64,000 bases of DNA from an uncultured Clostridia bacterium (GCA_934177725.1 CAKPPO010000008.1:1189-65188), one strand, 5' to 3'; positions 38,433-49,775 are shown, counted from the stretch's first letter. Notes: generated by a model not told the origin, from the letters alone. Made by a program: numbers and translations.

Positions 38433-39563
38433 ATGAAGAAAATTTTGATTTTTTACGCATCTTATGGGGGAGGACATCTATCTGCTGCAAAATCTATTAA
38501 ACAATATATTGATGAAAATTATACTGATGTTCAAACTGAAATAATTGATTGTGTTAAATATATTAATAAAGCTTTAGATAAAGTAACTACTGCTGCTTAC
38601 AGAGAGATGGCAAAAAAAGCACCATGGGCTTGGGAAAAAGTTTATTATAAATCTCAAAATGGTCTTTTATCAAAGGTGAGCACTTCTTCTAACAAAATTA
38701 TGGCTGTAAAAATAGCTAAATTATTTCGTGATTTTAATCCAGACATTGTAATTTCCACTCATCCATTTGGTTCACAAATGACTAGTTATTTAAAGCAGAA
38801 AGGAAAAACTAATTGTTTGCTTGCAACTATTATGACTGATTTTGCACCACATGAGCAATGGCTTATTGGAAATAAATTTGTAGATTTCTATTTTGTATCA
38901 AATTCTTCTATGAAGGATAAAATGATTCAAGAGTCTATTGATGAAAATAAAATTTTTGTTACAGGAATCCCTATTTCTAATAGATTTTTACAAACTTATG
39001 ATAAAAAAGAAATTTGCAATTTATTTGAATTAGATCAAAATAAAAAAATTGTTTTATTTTTTGCTGGTGGTGAATATGGACTTGGCAAAGATAAAACTGT
39101 AGCAATTTTAGATTGTTTATCTGATTTTAATGATATTCAAGTTATTGCTATTGCTGGTAAAAATGAAAAGATGAAAAAAGAATTTGAGGAAATAGTTACT
39201 AAAAAGCATAAAGAATCTACTATTAAGGTTCTTCCTTTTACAGATAAAGTTCCTGAACTTATGTCTATTTCCGATTTAGTTATAACTAAGCCTGGCGGAT
39301 TAACCACAAGTGAAAGCTTAGCTTCTTCTCTTCCTTTTATTATAATTAACCCTATTCCTGGTCAAGAAGAAGAAAATGCTACATTTTTAGAAGATTCTGG
39401 TTGTGCTGTTTGGCTTAAAAAACATGATAACCCAAAGGAAGTTTTAGAAAGAGTTTTGTTTAATGATGATGTTTTATATAAAATGAAAGAAAACTCTATT
39501 AAGCTTTCTAAAAGAAATTCAACTGAAGATATTTGCACTACTATACTTTCTAAAAATATATAA
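38433..39563 (+). CDS. MGDG-synthase/UgtP-type glycolipid glycosyltransferase (GT28)
   Basis: MKKILIFYASYGGGHLSAA.. N-terminus and a C-terminal GT-B domain (..ITKPGGLTTSESL..). Confidence 0.7.
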   Translation: MKKILIFYASYGGGHLSAAKSIKQYIDENYTDVQTEIIDCVKYINKALDKVTTAAYREMAKKAPWAWEKVYYKSQNGLLSKVSTSSNKIMAVKIAKLFRDFNPDIVISTHPFGSQMTSYLKQKGKTNCLLATIMTDFAPHEQWLIGNKFVDFYFVSNSSMKDKMIQESIDENKIFVTGIPISNRFLQTYDKKEICNLFELDQNKKIVLFFAGGEYGLGKDKTVAILDCLSDFNDIQVIAIAGKNEKMKKEFEEIVTKKHKESTIKVLPFTDKVPELMSISDLVITKPGGLTTSESLASSLPFIIINPIPGQEEENATFLEDSGCAVWLKKHDNPKEVLERVLFNDDVLYKMKENSIKLSKRNSTEDICTTILSKNI

Positions 39564-39657
39564 AGATTTTTTATTTAGAATATTTAGTGTTGAAATTATC
39601 TTTTGAAGTAATACAAATTACTATTTAATAAAATAAATATGTTTAGGAGGAAAAACA

Positions 39658-39948
39658 ATGACAAGTAAAGAAAGAGCTTACTTAAGAGGTCTTGCAAATA
39701 CTATAGATCCTATTTTTCAAGTAGGAAAAGGTGGTATTTCTGATGTTTTAATAGAACAATTAAATAATGCAATTGAAGCAAGGGAATTAATTAAAATTAC
39801 CGTTTTAGAAACTGCTCCTGGAAATGCTAAAGAGTTAGCAAATGAAATTGCTGATAGTACAAATTCTGAAGTAGTACAAACAGTTGGAAATAAAATCACT
39901 TTATTTAGGCAAAAGAAAAAAAATAGTAAAATAGAATTTCCTAGATAA
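39658..39948 (+). CDS. yhbY: YhbY-family (CRM domain) RNA-binding protein
   Basis: LTSKERAYLRGLANTIDPIFQVGKGGISD..ARELIKI pattern. 96 aa. Confidence 0.8.
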   Translation: MTSKERAYLRGLANTIDPIFQVGKGGISDVLIEQLNNAIEARELIKITVLETAPGNAKELANEIADSTNSEVVQTVGNKITLFRQKKKNSKIEFPR

Positions 39949-39960
39949 AAATAATTTTTA

Positions 39961-40210
39961 AATTTTAGGGACGGGCTTTTTACAATTTGCATCTTATTAA
40001 ATAGTTTATTCTTAAAACTTTATAATATATTGTTTTTTATACCTTGGTGTCGCGGTCAGCAGTTTAAAAAATTACTAGTACGTTGACCGCTCCATTCGCA
40101 CTCGCTTTAGCTTGTTTGGTCGCTTACGCGGTATTGCAAAACAATATATTATAAAATTTCTAATTAAATAGTAAATAGCTGCAAATTGTAAAAAGCTCGT
40201 CCCTAAAATT
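39961..40210. repeat. 250-nt nested inverted-repeat element with REP-type ends and a GC-richer core
   Basis: The ends AATTTTAGGGACGGGCTTTTTACAATTTGCA (39961..39991) and TGCAAATTGTAAAAAGCTCGTCCCTAAAATT (40180..40210) are inverted, with 1 mismatch. A second inner inverted pair is TTATAATATATTGTTTT. The core is 40047..40140. Confidence 0.65.
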
Positions 40211-40230
40211 TACTTTTTTTGCTATTTTTG

Positions 40231-40259
40231 TTGACAAGTTTTAAAAAAAGTGCTATTAT
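40231..40259 (+). promoter_or_regulatory. sigma-A promoter for tRNA-Arg (TTGACA-N17-TGcTATTAT)
   Basis: TTGACA at 40231..40236 and an extended -10 TGCTATTAT ending at 40259, 20 nt before the tRNA. Confidence 0.55.
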
Positions 40260-40279
40260 AATTACTGCAGTTAGCAAAT

Positions 40280-40356
40280 GGTTCAGTAGCTCAGCTGGAT
40301 AGAGCAACGGATTTCTAATCCGTGGGTCGGGGGTTCGAATCCCTCCTGGATCACCA
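40280..40356 (+). tRNA. tRNA-Arg (anticodon UCU)
   Basis: 77-nt cloverleaf folded by hand: acceptor GGTTCAG/CTGGATC, anticodon loop TT-TCT-AA, T-loop GGTTCGAATCC, encoded CCA. Confidence 0.85.
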
Positions 40357-40360
40357 TAGT

Positions 40361-40405
40361 AAAAAATCGCTAAAAGTTAGTATTAAACTATTTTAGCGAT
40401 TTTTT
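40361..40405 (+). terminator. intrinsic terminator after tRNA-Arg
   Basis: AAAAAATCGCTAAAA..TTTTAGCGATTTTTT. Confidence 0.7.
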
Positions 40406-40521
40406 CATTTTTACTTTTATTATTTTTTTCAAGTCGTATTTGTCATATAAATATTTTATTTAGGGTGTCAAAAGGGTGTCAGTACATCGATAAGTGTTTC
40501 TTTATTTCATACTTTTTATAT

Positions 40522-41946
40522 TTAATTCTCCCAAAAAGCTTTATATGCTCTGTGAGCTTCATATATATCAAATTTACTTGTTACTTCATATGGAGCATGC
40601 ATTGAAAGTACTGGTACACCTGCATCTATTACATCTACACCTTTATTAGCTAAAATGTAGGCAATTGTGCCTCCACCACCAATATCTATTCTTCCTAATT
40701 CTGCAAATTCATATGCTACATCTTCTTTTTCAAATATATTTCTAATCATAGCTACAAATTCTGCATTTGCGTCTGAAGCGCCAGATTTGCCTCTTGCACC
40801 AGTATATTTGTTAAGTCCTAATCCTCTTCCTAAATATCCTGCATTATTTTTTTCATAAGCTGATGCATATATTGGATCATATGCTGCATCTACGTCTGCA
40901 GATAACATTTTTGAATTGCAGAATACTTTATCTAATAAGTTTGGTCTATTTATTCCTAATTTATTTAATATTTCTGAAACAAATGTATCAAATACATTAG
41001 ATTCCATTCCTGTATTTCCCATGCTTCCGATTTCTTCTTTATCAGAAATAATGCATACCGCTGTTGTTTTTGGATTTTCTAAATTTAATAATGCTGTTAA
41101 TGAAGTATATACACATACTTTATCATCTTGTCCATATGCTGCAACCATACTACTATCAAATCCCATGCTTCTTGCACGGAATGCAGGTACTATTTCTATT
41201 TCTGAACTTACAAAATCCATTTCTGTAATTCCATATTTTTGATTTAATATATTCATTATATTTAATTTTACAGAATCTGCACCTTTTTCTCCTTCAAATG
41301 GAATACTTCCTATTAAAAGATCTAAATCTTCTCCTTTAATTCCTTCTTTTAATTTTCTTTCCATTTGTTCAGATGCTAAATGTGGTAATAAATCTGTAAT
41401 TGTAAAAATAGGATCTGATTCATCTTCACCAATTTTTACTTCGATTTTTTCTCCACTTGGTTTTACTATAACTCCATGAATTGCAAGAGGTATTGTTGTC
41501 CATTGATATTTTTTTATTCCTCCATAATAATGTGTTTTTAAATATGCTAATCCTGTATCTTCATATAATGGATTTGGCTTTAAGTCTAATCTTGGAGAAT
41601 CTGCATGGCTTCCTATAATATTTATTCCATTTTCTATAGAATTTTGACCTATTATTGCTAGATACATACTTTTATCTCTATTTATATAATATATTTTATC
41701 TCCTGCCTTTAAGTTTTCAAATTCACATATATTTTTAAAGCCATTCTTTTCTGCTAATTCTTTTGAACTTTTTACAATTTCTCTTTCAGTTTTTGAATTA
41801 TTTAAAAAGTTCATATAATCTGCACAATATGAAAAAATTTCTTCTTTCTTTTTACTTTCTATTCCTTCCCAACCTGTATTCGTTTTGCGGAATAGTTTTT
41901 CCTTTAAACTCTCTTTTTCTGTCAATTCTTTTAGCATTTTCATCAT
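40522..41946 (-). CDS. M18 family aminopeptidase
   Basis: 474 aa, typical of aminopeptidase 1 / aspartyl aminopeptidase-like proteins (..IIGSHADSPRLDLKP.., ..DKEEIGS.., ..SMHAPYE..). The start may be one of three nearby ATGs. Confidence 0.75.
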   Translation of the reverse strand: MMKMLKELTEKESLKEKLFRKTNTGWEGIESKKKEEIFSYCADYMNFLNNSKTEREIVKSSKELAEKNGFKNICEFENLKAGDKIYYINRDKSMYLAIIGQNSIENGINIIGSHADSPRLDLKPNPLYEDTGLAYLKTHYYGGIKKYQWTTIPLAIHGVIVKPSGEKIEVKIGEDESDPIFTITDLLPHLASEQMERKLKEGIKGEDLDLLIGSIPFEGEKGADSVKLNIMNILNQKYGITEMDFVSSEIEIVPAFRARSMGFDSSMVAAYGQDDKVCVYTSLTALLNLENPKTTAVCIISDKEEIGSMGNTGMESNVFDTFVSEILNKLGINRPNLLDKVFCNSKMLSADVDAAYDPIYASAYEKNNAGYLGRGLGLNKYTGARGKSGASDANAEFVAMIRNIFEKEDVAYEFAELGRIDIGGGGTIAYILANKGVDVIDAGVPVLSMHAPYEVTSKFDIYEAHRAYKAFWEN

Positions 41947-42215
41947 CCTTTCTTTTGTTTTTTTAATTATATCATTGCTATTTATTTTTTTCTACCTTTT
42001 TTTAATATCTCCTTTTTAATATTTCCAATTTTTATCAAATTATTATAAGTTTAAGAATACCTGAAAATTTTTTAAATATAATATAACAATATCTTTACAA
42101 ATTAATCTTTTTAGTATTTAATATTATAAGGATTTTTGTATTTTTTTGTAAAAATTTGAAGTTTATTATAACAAAAGGAGGAAAAGTTAGTTTAAAAACT
42201 AACTTACTATATATT

Positions 42216-44145
42216 ATGGGAAAAAGTAAGAAAAATTCAAACAAGCCTAAAAAGCAAGTTAATACAGAGACTGTAAGTGATATTCTTTTAGAGGATAAAA
42301 ACAATATTAGTGATGCAGCTACCGACGCCATGAAAAATGTAGATAGCGTTGCTTATGCTAATAATTTAGTAGAACCTTCTAAATCTTCTAAGAGCATAAG
42401 AAAACTTGATATAAAAGAAAAGGAAGAAAAAACTGAGACTGTAGACTTAAAAAGCGATAATAGTGCAGAAGAAATAGATTCAGTAGATGAAATAGTAGAT
42501 GATATTGCTGAAAAAAATGCTAACAATTCAACTTCTTCTGAAAATGCTTTAATTGAAATTAATAATAAAGATAAAGAATATAAAGTAGTAGATCAAAAGA
42601 AATCTTATAAAACAGCAATTATCCTTTCTATAGCTTTCATAATTATAGTTCTTTTATTTTTATTATTTTCAACTATTTTTGCTTTAATAGCATCAAATAA
42701 ATCAACTATTATTAGTGGTATCAGCATCAAAGATATTGATGTTTCTAATCTAACTAAGGAACAAGCTTTAGAAAAAATTTCAAATGCATTTAGTAAAAAG
42801 TCTGCTCAAACTATTACTTTAAAGCATAATAATTTTGAACAAGCTGTTTTACCTGAGCAATTAGAAGTTTCATTTTCTTTAAATGACGCTATTAATATTG
42901 CATATAGTAAAGGTCGTTCACGGAAATATCTTCGAAAACAATTATGAAATTCTAGTATCTTTGCTTTCAGGGGTTAAAATTAATCCAGGTTTTTCTTATA
43001 GTGAAGAAACTTTAAATTCCTTAATTAATGAAATGGAAACTAATTTTGAAGATAGGCTAATAGAGCCAAGTTATTACATAGAAGAAAATAATTTAATTTT
43101 GTCTAAAGGAAAAAATGGAGTTGTTATAAATAGAGAAAAATTAAAGTCTGAAATTATGTATTTGCTTAATAATTTAGATTGTAATAGCACTATTATAGAT
43201 ATTCCAGTTGAAGAGAAAGTTGCAAGTACATTAGATTTAAATAAGATTCATGAAGAAATAAGTAAAGAGCCTCAAGATGCCTACTATACTACTAATCCTT
43301 ATGTTGTTCATCCTCATGTTGATGGTATAGATTTTGCTATAACTATGGAAGAAGCTACAGATATTTTCAATAATTGTGAGGATTCATGTAGTATTCCTTT
43401 AAAAGTAGTTTCTCCAAATGTGACAACTAATGATATTGGACCAGAGGCATTTCCTGATTTATTAGGTGCATACTCTACTACATATAGTACTAGAAATGCT
43501 AACAGAAGTACAAACATAAGATTAGCATCTCAAAAAGTAAATGGTACTGTAATTATGCCTGGTGAAGTTTTCTCTTATAATACAACAGTTGGTAAAAGAA
43601 CTGCTGCCGCTGGATTCAAAAGTGCTGCTGTGTATGCAGGTGGAGAAGTTACTACTGGAATTGGAGGCGGAATTTGCCAAGTATCTTCTACTTTATATAA
43701 TGCTGTTTTACTTTCTAATTTGGAAATTGTAGAAAGATATAATCATGGATTTAATCCTGGATATGTACCAGCTGGTAGAGATGCTACTGTTTCTTGGGGT
43801 GGTCCTGATTTTAAATTTAAAAATAACAGAACTTATCCTGTAAAAATTATATGTTCTGGAACAGGTGGAACAATTAACTTTAAGATTTTCGGATTACTTG
43901 AAGAAAATGAGTATGAAGTAGAAATTCAATCATATATAACAAAATATATTTCTTATAGAACTATAACAAAAAATGATTCTAGTTTAGCAAAAGGTCAAAC
44001 TAAAGTATTGCAAAATGGTTCTAATGGATGTAAGTCTGAAGCTTATCGAATATTAAAACAAAATGGTGAAGTAGTTTCAAAGATACTTCTTTCACAAGAC
44101 ACTTATAATCCTCACAACAAAATAGTTGCCGTAGGAACAAGATAA
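42216..44145 (+). CDS. VanW-family protein with C-terminal G5 domain, interrupted at an in-frame CGG (42921..42923) and continuing in the +1 frame
   Basis: The upstream ORF ends ..YSKGRS CGG AAA TAT..TGA. The +1 frame GGA AAT ATC.. gives GNIFENNYEILVSLLSG.., then the VanW core (..GGGICQVSSTLYNAV..) and G5. The start is uncertain (ATG at 42216 or TTG at 42156). Confidence 0.75.
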
Positions 44146-44177
44146 TTTGCATTACTATTATATAAATTAAAATAACA

Positions 44178-44219
44178 AAGCCATGTAAAAAGTTGACATA
44201 CCAACACTTACATGGCTTT
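44178..44219. terminator. hairpin AAAGCCATGTAA..TTACATGGCTTT between vanW and tRNA-Arg(ACG)
   Basis: 12-bp stem with a large loop and flanking A/T tracts, between convergent genes. Confidence 0.55.
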
Positions 44220-44225
44220 ATTATT

Positions 44226-44302
<77 letters not shown>

Positions 44303-44488
44303 AATTAAAGTTCATTTAAAATAATAGCACATTCTATAAAAAAAGTCAATTGTAGCAACTATATTTTTTACTACAAACTGCCTTTCTTTTTTACTATATA
44401 GATCTTATATTTTTGTACCCTATAACTATTTCTTTTATAATTTTCTATAACATTTAATTGCAATTTTAATAACTTACGTTACAACTCC

Positions 44489-44845
44489 TTATTCTATTGC
44501 TTGTTTTATGTGATTTATATTTACTTTTCCATTTTTCATATACACTTCTATTACATCTATTCTAATAAAACATTTTTCGTATTTTTTAATATATATGTAA
44601 TATTTTATTGCACTCAATAGATGTTTTTGCTTATTCTCATTTACCGCTTCTGAAGCAAATCCATATTTCTTATTTGTTCTAGTTTTTATTTCTATAAAAA
44701 CTATTTCATTTTTGTCTTTTGCAATAATATCTATTTCTCCTTGATGACAATTAAAATTTCTATCTAATATTTTATACCCTTGTCTTTCTAAATATTTACT
44801 TGCTATTTCTTCTCCACTTCTTCCTGTTTCTTGTTTATAATACAT
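44489..44845 (-). CDS. yraN: YraN family endonuclease-like protein (UPF0102)
   Basis: GEEIASKYLERQGYKILDRNF..GEIDIIAKD..IVFIEIKTR pattern. Confidence 0.8.
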   Translation of the reverse strand: MYYKQETGRSGEEIASKYLERQGYKILDRNFNCHQGEIDIIAKDKNEIVFIEIKTRTNKKYGFASEAVNENKQKHLLSAIKYYIYIKKYEKCFIRIDVIEVYMKNGKVNINHIKQAIE

Positions 44846-44957
44846 CTATTATCTGCCTTTCTCTATTATTTTAAATCTGCTTATGCTTTTTCCTCCTCTT
44901 ACATACTTGTTTGGATTTTACATCAATTATATTTATGCCATTATGAAACTTTTTAGT

Positions 44958-45833
44958 CTAATCCTTTATTTGTACAACATTTCCTGGTAACATTTCTATT
45001 AATCCTTCCAATTCCATTAGAGTTAATTTTTGATTGATTTGAACTATAGTCTGATTTAAACTCCTTGCTAATTCATTTATCCCTATTTTTCCTTCTTCTA
45101 ATTTTTCGTAAATTTCTTTATATTCGTTTGGTATTTTAAACTCTGTTTTTTCATTTTCCTCTGTTTCTTTTTCCACATTTTCTCCTATTTGTGTTAATAT
45201 CTCATTTGGATTTGTGACTAATATTGCTCCTTCTTTTATTAAGTTATTAGTTCCTACTCCTGTTGTTACACCTATTTGGTTTGGTAAACAAAAGACTTTC
45301 TTATTTTGCTCAAATGCGTATTTAGCTGTAACTCCACTTCCACTTCTATGTCTTGCCTCTACAATTAAAACTCCCTCTGAAAGTGCAGATATAATTCTAT
45401 TTCTAAAAGGAACTTCTTTTAAATTTATATCTGTATCCGGAGAATATTGACTAACTATACATCCTCCATCTTCTATTATTTCATTGAATAATTCTTCATT
45501 TTCTTTTGGGTAAACATGATTAAATCCACATCCTAAAACAGCTATTGTTCTTCCTTTTTCTTGTTTAGAATTTTGGTGCGCAACAGTATCTATTCCTTTT
45601 GCTAATCCACTTATTATTGTTATTCCTTTTTTGGATATTTCTTTTGCAAATTTTGCAGCATAATATTCCCCATATGTTGTACTTATTCTTGATCCTACTA
45701 TTGCAATAGATTTATTATTTAATAATTCTATATTTCCAACTGCATATACTTTATTAGGTCTATCTTTTATTTGTAGTAATTTTTTTGGATAAAGTTTGTC
45801 CATTTCATTTATTTCATATATTTTATTTATCAT
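44958..45833 (-). CDS. dprA: DNA-processing protein DprA (Smf)
   Basis: Rossmann-like DprA core (..AIVGSRISTTYG..GLAKGIDTVAHQ..) plus a C-terminal winged helix. Confidence 0.85.
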   Translation of the reverse strand: MINKIYEINEMDKLYPKKLLQIKDRPNKVYAVGNIELLNNKSIAIVGSRISTTYGEYYAAKFAKEISKKGITIISGLAKGIDTVAHQNSKQEKGRTIAVLGCGFNHVYPKENEELFNEIIEDGGCIVSQYSPDTDINLKEVPFRNRIISALSEGVLIVEARHRSGSGVTAKYAFEQNKKVFCLPNQIGVTTGVGTNNLIKEGAILVTNPNEILTQIGENVEKETEENEKTEFKIPNEYKEIYEKLEEGKIGINELARSLNQTIVQINQKLTLMELEGLIEMLPGNVVQIKD

Positions 45834-45846
45834 TTATTGCCTCCTT

Positions 45847-47386
45847 TTAATAATTTCTCCAATATTTTTTATCTAAATTCCTATATTGAATTGCTTCTGT
45901 AATATGAGCTATTTCTATATTTTCTTTTTCATCTAAATCTGCTATTGTTCTAGCAACTTTTAGAATTCTATCATGTGCTCTTGCACTTAACCCTAATGTA
46001 TCAAAAGCTTTCTTTAAAATTTGTTTTTCTTTTTCTCCTAACTCGCAATACTTTTCTATTAAAGTTGGTGTTAATTGAGAATTAGAATGTATTTCTAATT
46101 CTTTATATCTGTTTTGTTGGATTTTTCTTGCTTTATTTACTCTTTCTTTTATTTTTGCAGATGTTTCTATTTTTTCGTTTCCCTGTAATTTTTCATATTT
46201 TACGGGTGTTACCTCTACTTGTATGTCTATTCTATCTAAAAGCGGTCCACTTATTTTTCCCATATATTTTTGTATTGCTTGTGGTGTACATGTACATTCT
46301 TTTTCTTTTGATCCATAGAACCCACAAGGACATGGATTCATTGAAGCAACAAGCATAAAATTGCATGGATAACTAAGTGTAGCATTTATTCTACTTATTG
46401 TAACTACTCTATCCTCTAAAGGTCCTCTAAGTACCTCTAATGTATTTTTATTAAATTCTGGTAATTCATCTAAAAATAATACTCCATTATGTGCTAAACT
46501 TATTTCACCTGGTTTTGGTATTTTTCCGCCACCTACAAGTGATACTGGTGAAATTGTATGATGAGGTGCTCTATATGGTCTTACTGTTATAAGTGGTGTA
46601 TTTTTTGAAAGCACACCAGCTACACTATGTATTTTAGTTGTTTCCAATGCTTCTTCAAAACTCAAACTAGGTAAAATTGATGGAATCCTTCTTGCCATCA
46701 TTGTTTTTCCGAGAACCTGGCGTTCCTATTAAAAGACAATTGTGCCCACCTGCCGCAGCAATTTCTAATGCTCTTTTTATATTTTCTTGTCCTTTTACTT
46801 CTGAAAAATCTAACAATGTTTCAAATTGCTTTTCAAATATTTTATTTATTTCTATTTTTTGCATATGGATTTCTTTTTTAGAATTTAAATAATCTATAAC
46901 TTGATTTAAATTTTTTGCACCTAATATTTCTATTCCTTCTACAACTGCCGCTTCTTTTGCATTTTCCAAAGGAATTATAATTTTTGTTATGCCAAGCCTT
47001 TTTGCTTCTATACACATTGGAAGAATTCCATTTACTGAGTTTAATTTTCCGTCTAGCGATAATTCACCTATAAACACTACTTTTTCTATTTTTTCTTTAT
47101 CAACTTCACCTAGACTTGCAAGTATTCCTACAGCTATTGGCAAATCAAAAAATGAACCTTCTTTTTTAGTATCTGCTGGTGCTAAATTTACTAATATTTT
47201 TCTACTTTGGAGCTCATAACCTGAATTTCTAATTGCAGTTTTCACTCTTTCCTTTGCTTCTTTTATACTTGTATCTGGAAGTCCTACTATTTCAAATCCA
47301 GGCATGCCTGAAGAAATGTCTACTTGCACAGAAACTAAATATCCATCTAGTCCTATTAATGACATACTTTTTACTATTGATAACAT
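45847..47386 (-). CDS. comM: YifB/ComM Mg-chelatase-like AAA+ protein, interrupted at an in-frame CGG (46711..46709) and continuing in the +1 frame
   Basis: The upstream ORF reads ..[20 protein letters not shown].. and stops after 14 more codons. The +1 frame GGA AAA ACA ATG.. restores the P-loop [21 protein letters not shown].. and the rest of the protein. Confidence 0.85.
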
Positions 47387-47576
47387 ATTTCCTTCTTTCT
47401 TTTTGGATTTAATTTTAGAATTAATTTCTATTCGAATAAAAAACATTTTAAATAAATTTTCTTATTTATATCATAATTTATTTTATTTGTAAACATAAAG
47501 TCGATAATTCTTTTAAGAAATTATCGACTCTATGTTATATTTTTCGACTTTTTTATCTAATTTTATCTATAAATTT

Positions 47577-49775
47577 TTATTTTTTTAATCTTAACGCATT
47601 TAGTGTTACCGTTAAACTGCTTACCACCATTGCCAAGCTTGCCCACATTGGATTTATTGAAATTCCAATTGGTTTTAGTATTCCTATTGCTATTGGTATC
47701 ATTAAAATATTATAGAAAAATGCCCAGAATAAATTTTGTTTTATATTTCTTATCGTTCTTTTACTTATTTCTATTAATTTTAATATTGAGTTTAAGTCAT
47801 TTTTTGTTAATATTACATCTGCTGAATCCATTGCTATGTCTGTTCCACTTTTTACACTTACTCCTATATTTGCTTTTGTAATGGCTAAACTGTCATTTAT
47901 CCCGTCTCCGCACATCATTACCATTTTTTTCTCTTGTTGTAAATTTTCTACTATTTCAGCTTTTTGAACTGGTAATACATTTGATATTACTTTTGTAATT
48001 CCTAGCTCGCTTGCTATTTTTTCTGCTGTTTGGTTATTATCTCCTGTAAGCATAATTGTTTGTATATTTTTATTATTCATTTTTTCTATTACTTCTTTTG
48101 CATTTTCTCTTACTATGTCATTTACCCCAATTAAAGCAATAATTTTTTTATTTCTTATTACATAAATTATACTATTTCCATCTAATGTTAATCTATTTTC
48201 ATCTTCTATATGTTCATTTTGAATATTATATTTTTCTACAATTTTTCTGTTTCCTAATATTATTTCATCATTTTCTATTGTTCCTACAATTCCATATCCT
48301 GCAACATTTTCAAATGTTTTTACTTCTTTTTTTTCTTGTTTTTTAGCTTCCATATAGTCTGTAAAAGCTTTTCCTATAGGATGTGTTGATTTTTCTTCTA
48401 TACTACCAACTATTTGTATTAATTGGTCGTTATCTAATTCACTATAATTATATATTTTGGAAATTTTTAATTTTCCATAAGTTAAAGTTCCTGTTTTATC
48501 AAATACTATAGTATTTGTTTTTGAAGCATTTTCTAATACTTCACTTTTCTTTACTAATATTCCATTATTTACACATACTCCCTCGCTTACAACTATTGCA
48601 AGTGGTGTTGCTAAACCTAAACTGCATGGGCATGCAACTACTAATATAGTAACAAATGTGCTTATTGCTACTGATATATCATATCCTAATATTAAATATA
48701 TTATAAAAGTTATTATTGCTATTAAAATAACTACTGGTACAAAATAGCCTGAAATTTTATCTGCTATTTTTGCTATTGGAGCTTTGGTATTACTTGCTTC
48801 TATTACTAATCTTACTATTTCTGATATTGTTGATTCTTTTCCAATTTTTTCTGCTTTATATTTTATAAATCCATCATAATTTAGACTTCCTGCAATTACT
48901 TTTTCTCCTATTTCTTTATTTACTGGCTTACTTTCTCCTGTTATAAAAGATTCATCTAAATGTGCTTTTCCTTCTATTATTTCTCCATCTACTGCTATTT
49001 TTTCCCCTGGTTTTGCAATTAATATATTACCTTTTTTAATTTCATCTAGTGTTACTTGTTTTTGCTCTCCATCTATTTCAATAGTTGCCGTGCTTGGTGT
49101 TATTTCTACCAATTTTTTTATAGCTTCTCTTGTTTTGTCTTTGCTAATTCCATCTATATATCTTCCTAATTTTATAAAATAAATTATAATTGCTGCAGAT
49201 TCGAAATATAAATTCATTACAAAATGATGATTTCCATTAAATATTTCATACATTCCAAATACACTATAACCCAAGCTACTTAACACACCAATTGTAACTA
49301 ATGTATCCATATTTGGAATTAGATGTATTAAATTTTTAAATCCATTTTTTAAAATATCATATCCATACACTAAGAATGTAATTGTTAATATAAATAATGT
49401 TATTGCATAATTTATTGGATTATTATGAGGATCTAATAAATTAATTGTTGGTAAATTTATCATATGTCCCATTGAAATATACATCAATATAATTGCTAAA
49501 ATAGTAAATATAATAAATTTTATTTTTTCTGTTTTATTTTTATTTTCTATTTTGAATTCCTTGAATATACCTGTACTTTTAAAACCTGCCTGTTTTACAT
49601 ATTTCTCAATTTTTTCTTGATTTAATATATTTTCATCATAATAGATTGTAGCATTTGCCATTACTAAATTTACGCTAGCCTCTATTATTCCGTTTTGTTT
49701 ATTTAAATATTTTTCCAGTCCATTTGAACAAGCACTACAAGTCATTCCTTCTATACCTAAAATAATGTTTTTCAT
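47577..49775 (-). CDS. copA: copper-translocating P-type ATPase
   Basis: N-terminal GMTCSAC HMA domain, CPC, DKTGTLT and GDGIND motifs. Confidence 0.9.
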   Translation of the reverse strand: MKNIILGIEGMTCSACSNGLEKYLNKQNGIIEASVNLVMANATIYYDENILNQEKIEKYVKQAGFKSTGIFKEFKIENKNKTEKIKFIIFTILAIILMYISMGHMINLPTINLLDPHNNPINYAITLFILTITFLVYGYDILKNGFKNLIHLIPNMDTLVTIGVLSSLGYSVFGMYEIFNGNHHFVMNLYFESAAIIIYFIKLGRYIDGISKDKTREAIKKLVEITPSTATIEIDGEQKQVTLDEIKKGNILIAKPGEKIAVDGEIIEGKAHLDESFITGESKPVNKEIGEKVIAGSLNYDGFIKYKAEKIGKESTISEIVRLVIEASNTKAPIAKIADKISGYFVPVVILIAIITFIIYLILGYDISVAISTFVTILVVACPCSLGLATPLAIVVSEGVCVNNGILVKKSEVLENASKTNTIVFDKTGTLTYGKLKISKIYNYSELDNDQLIQIVGSIEEKSTHPIGKAFTDYMEAKKQEKKEVKTFENVAGYGIVGTIENDEIILGNRKIVEKYNIQNEHIEDENRLTLDGNSIIYVIRNKKIIALIGVNDIVRENAKEVIEKMNNKNIQTIMLTGDNNQTAEKIASELGITKVISNVLPVQKAEIVENLQQEKKMVMMCGDGINDSLAITKANIGVSVKSGTDIAMDSADVILTKNDLNSILKLIEISKRTIRNIKQNLFWAFFYNILMIPIAIGILKPIGISINPMWASLAMVVSSLTVTLNALRLKK

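Noticed and set aside
42095-42331. 78-aa minus-strand ORF upstream of vanW.
   Set aside because: It overlaps the vanW 5' region in antisense, has no RBS, and is hydrophobic low-complexity sequence.
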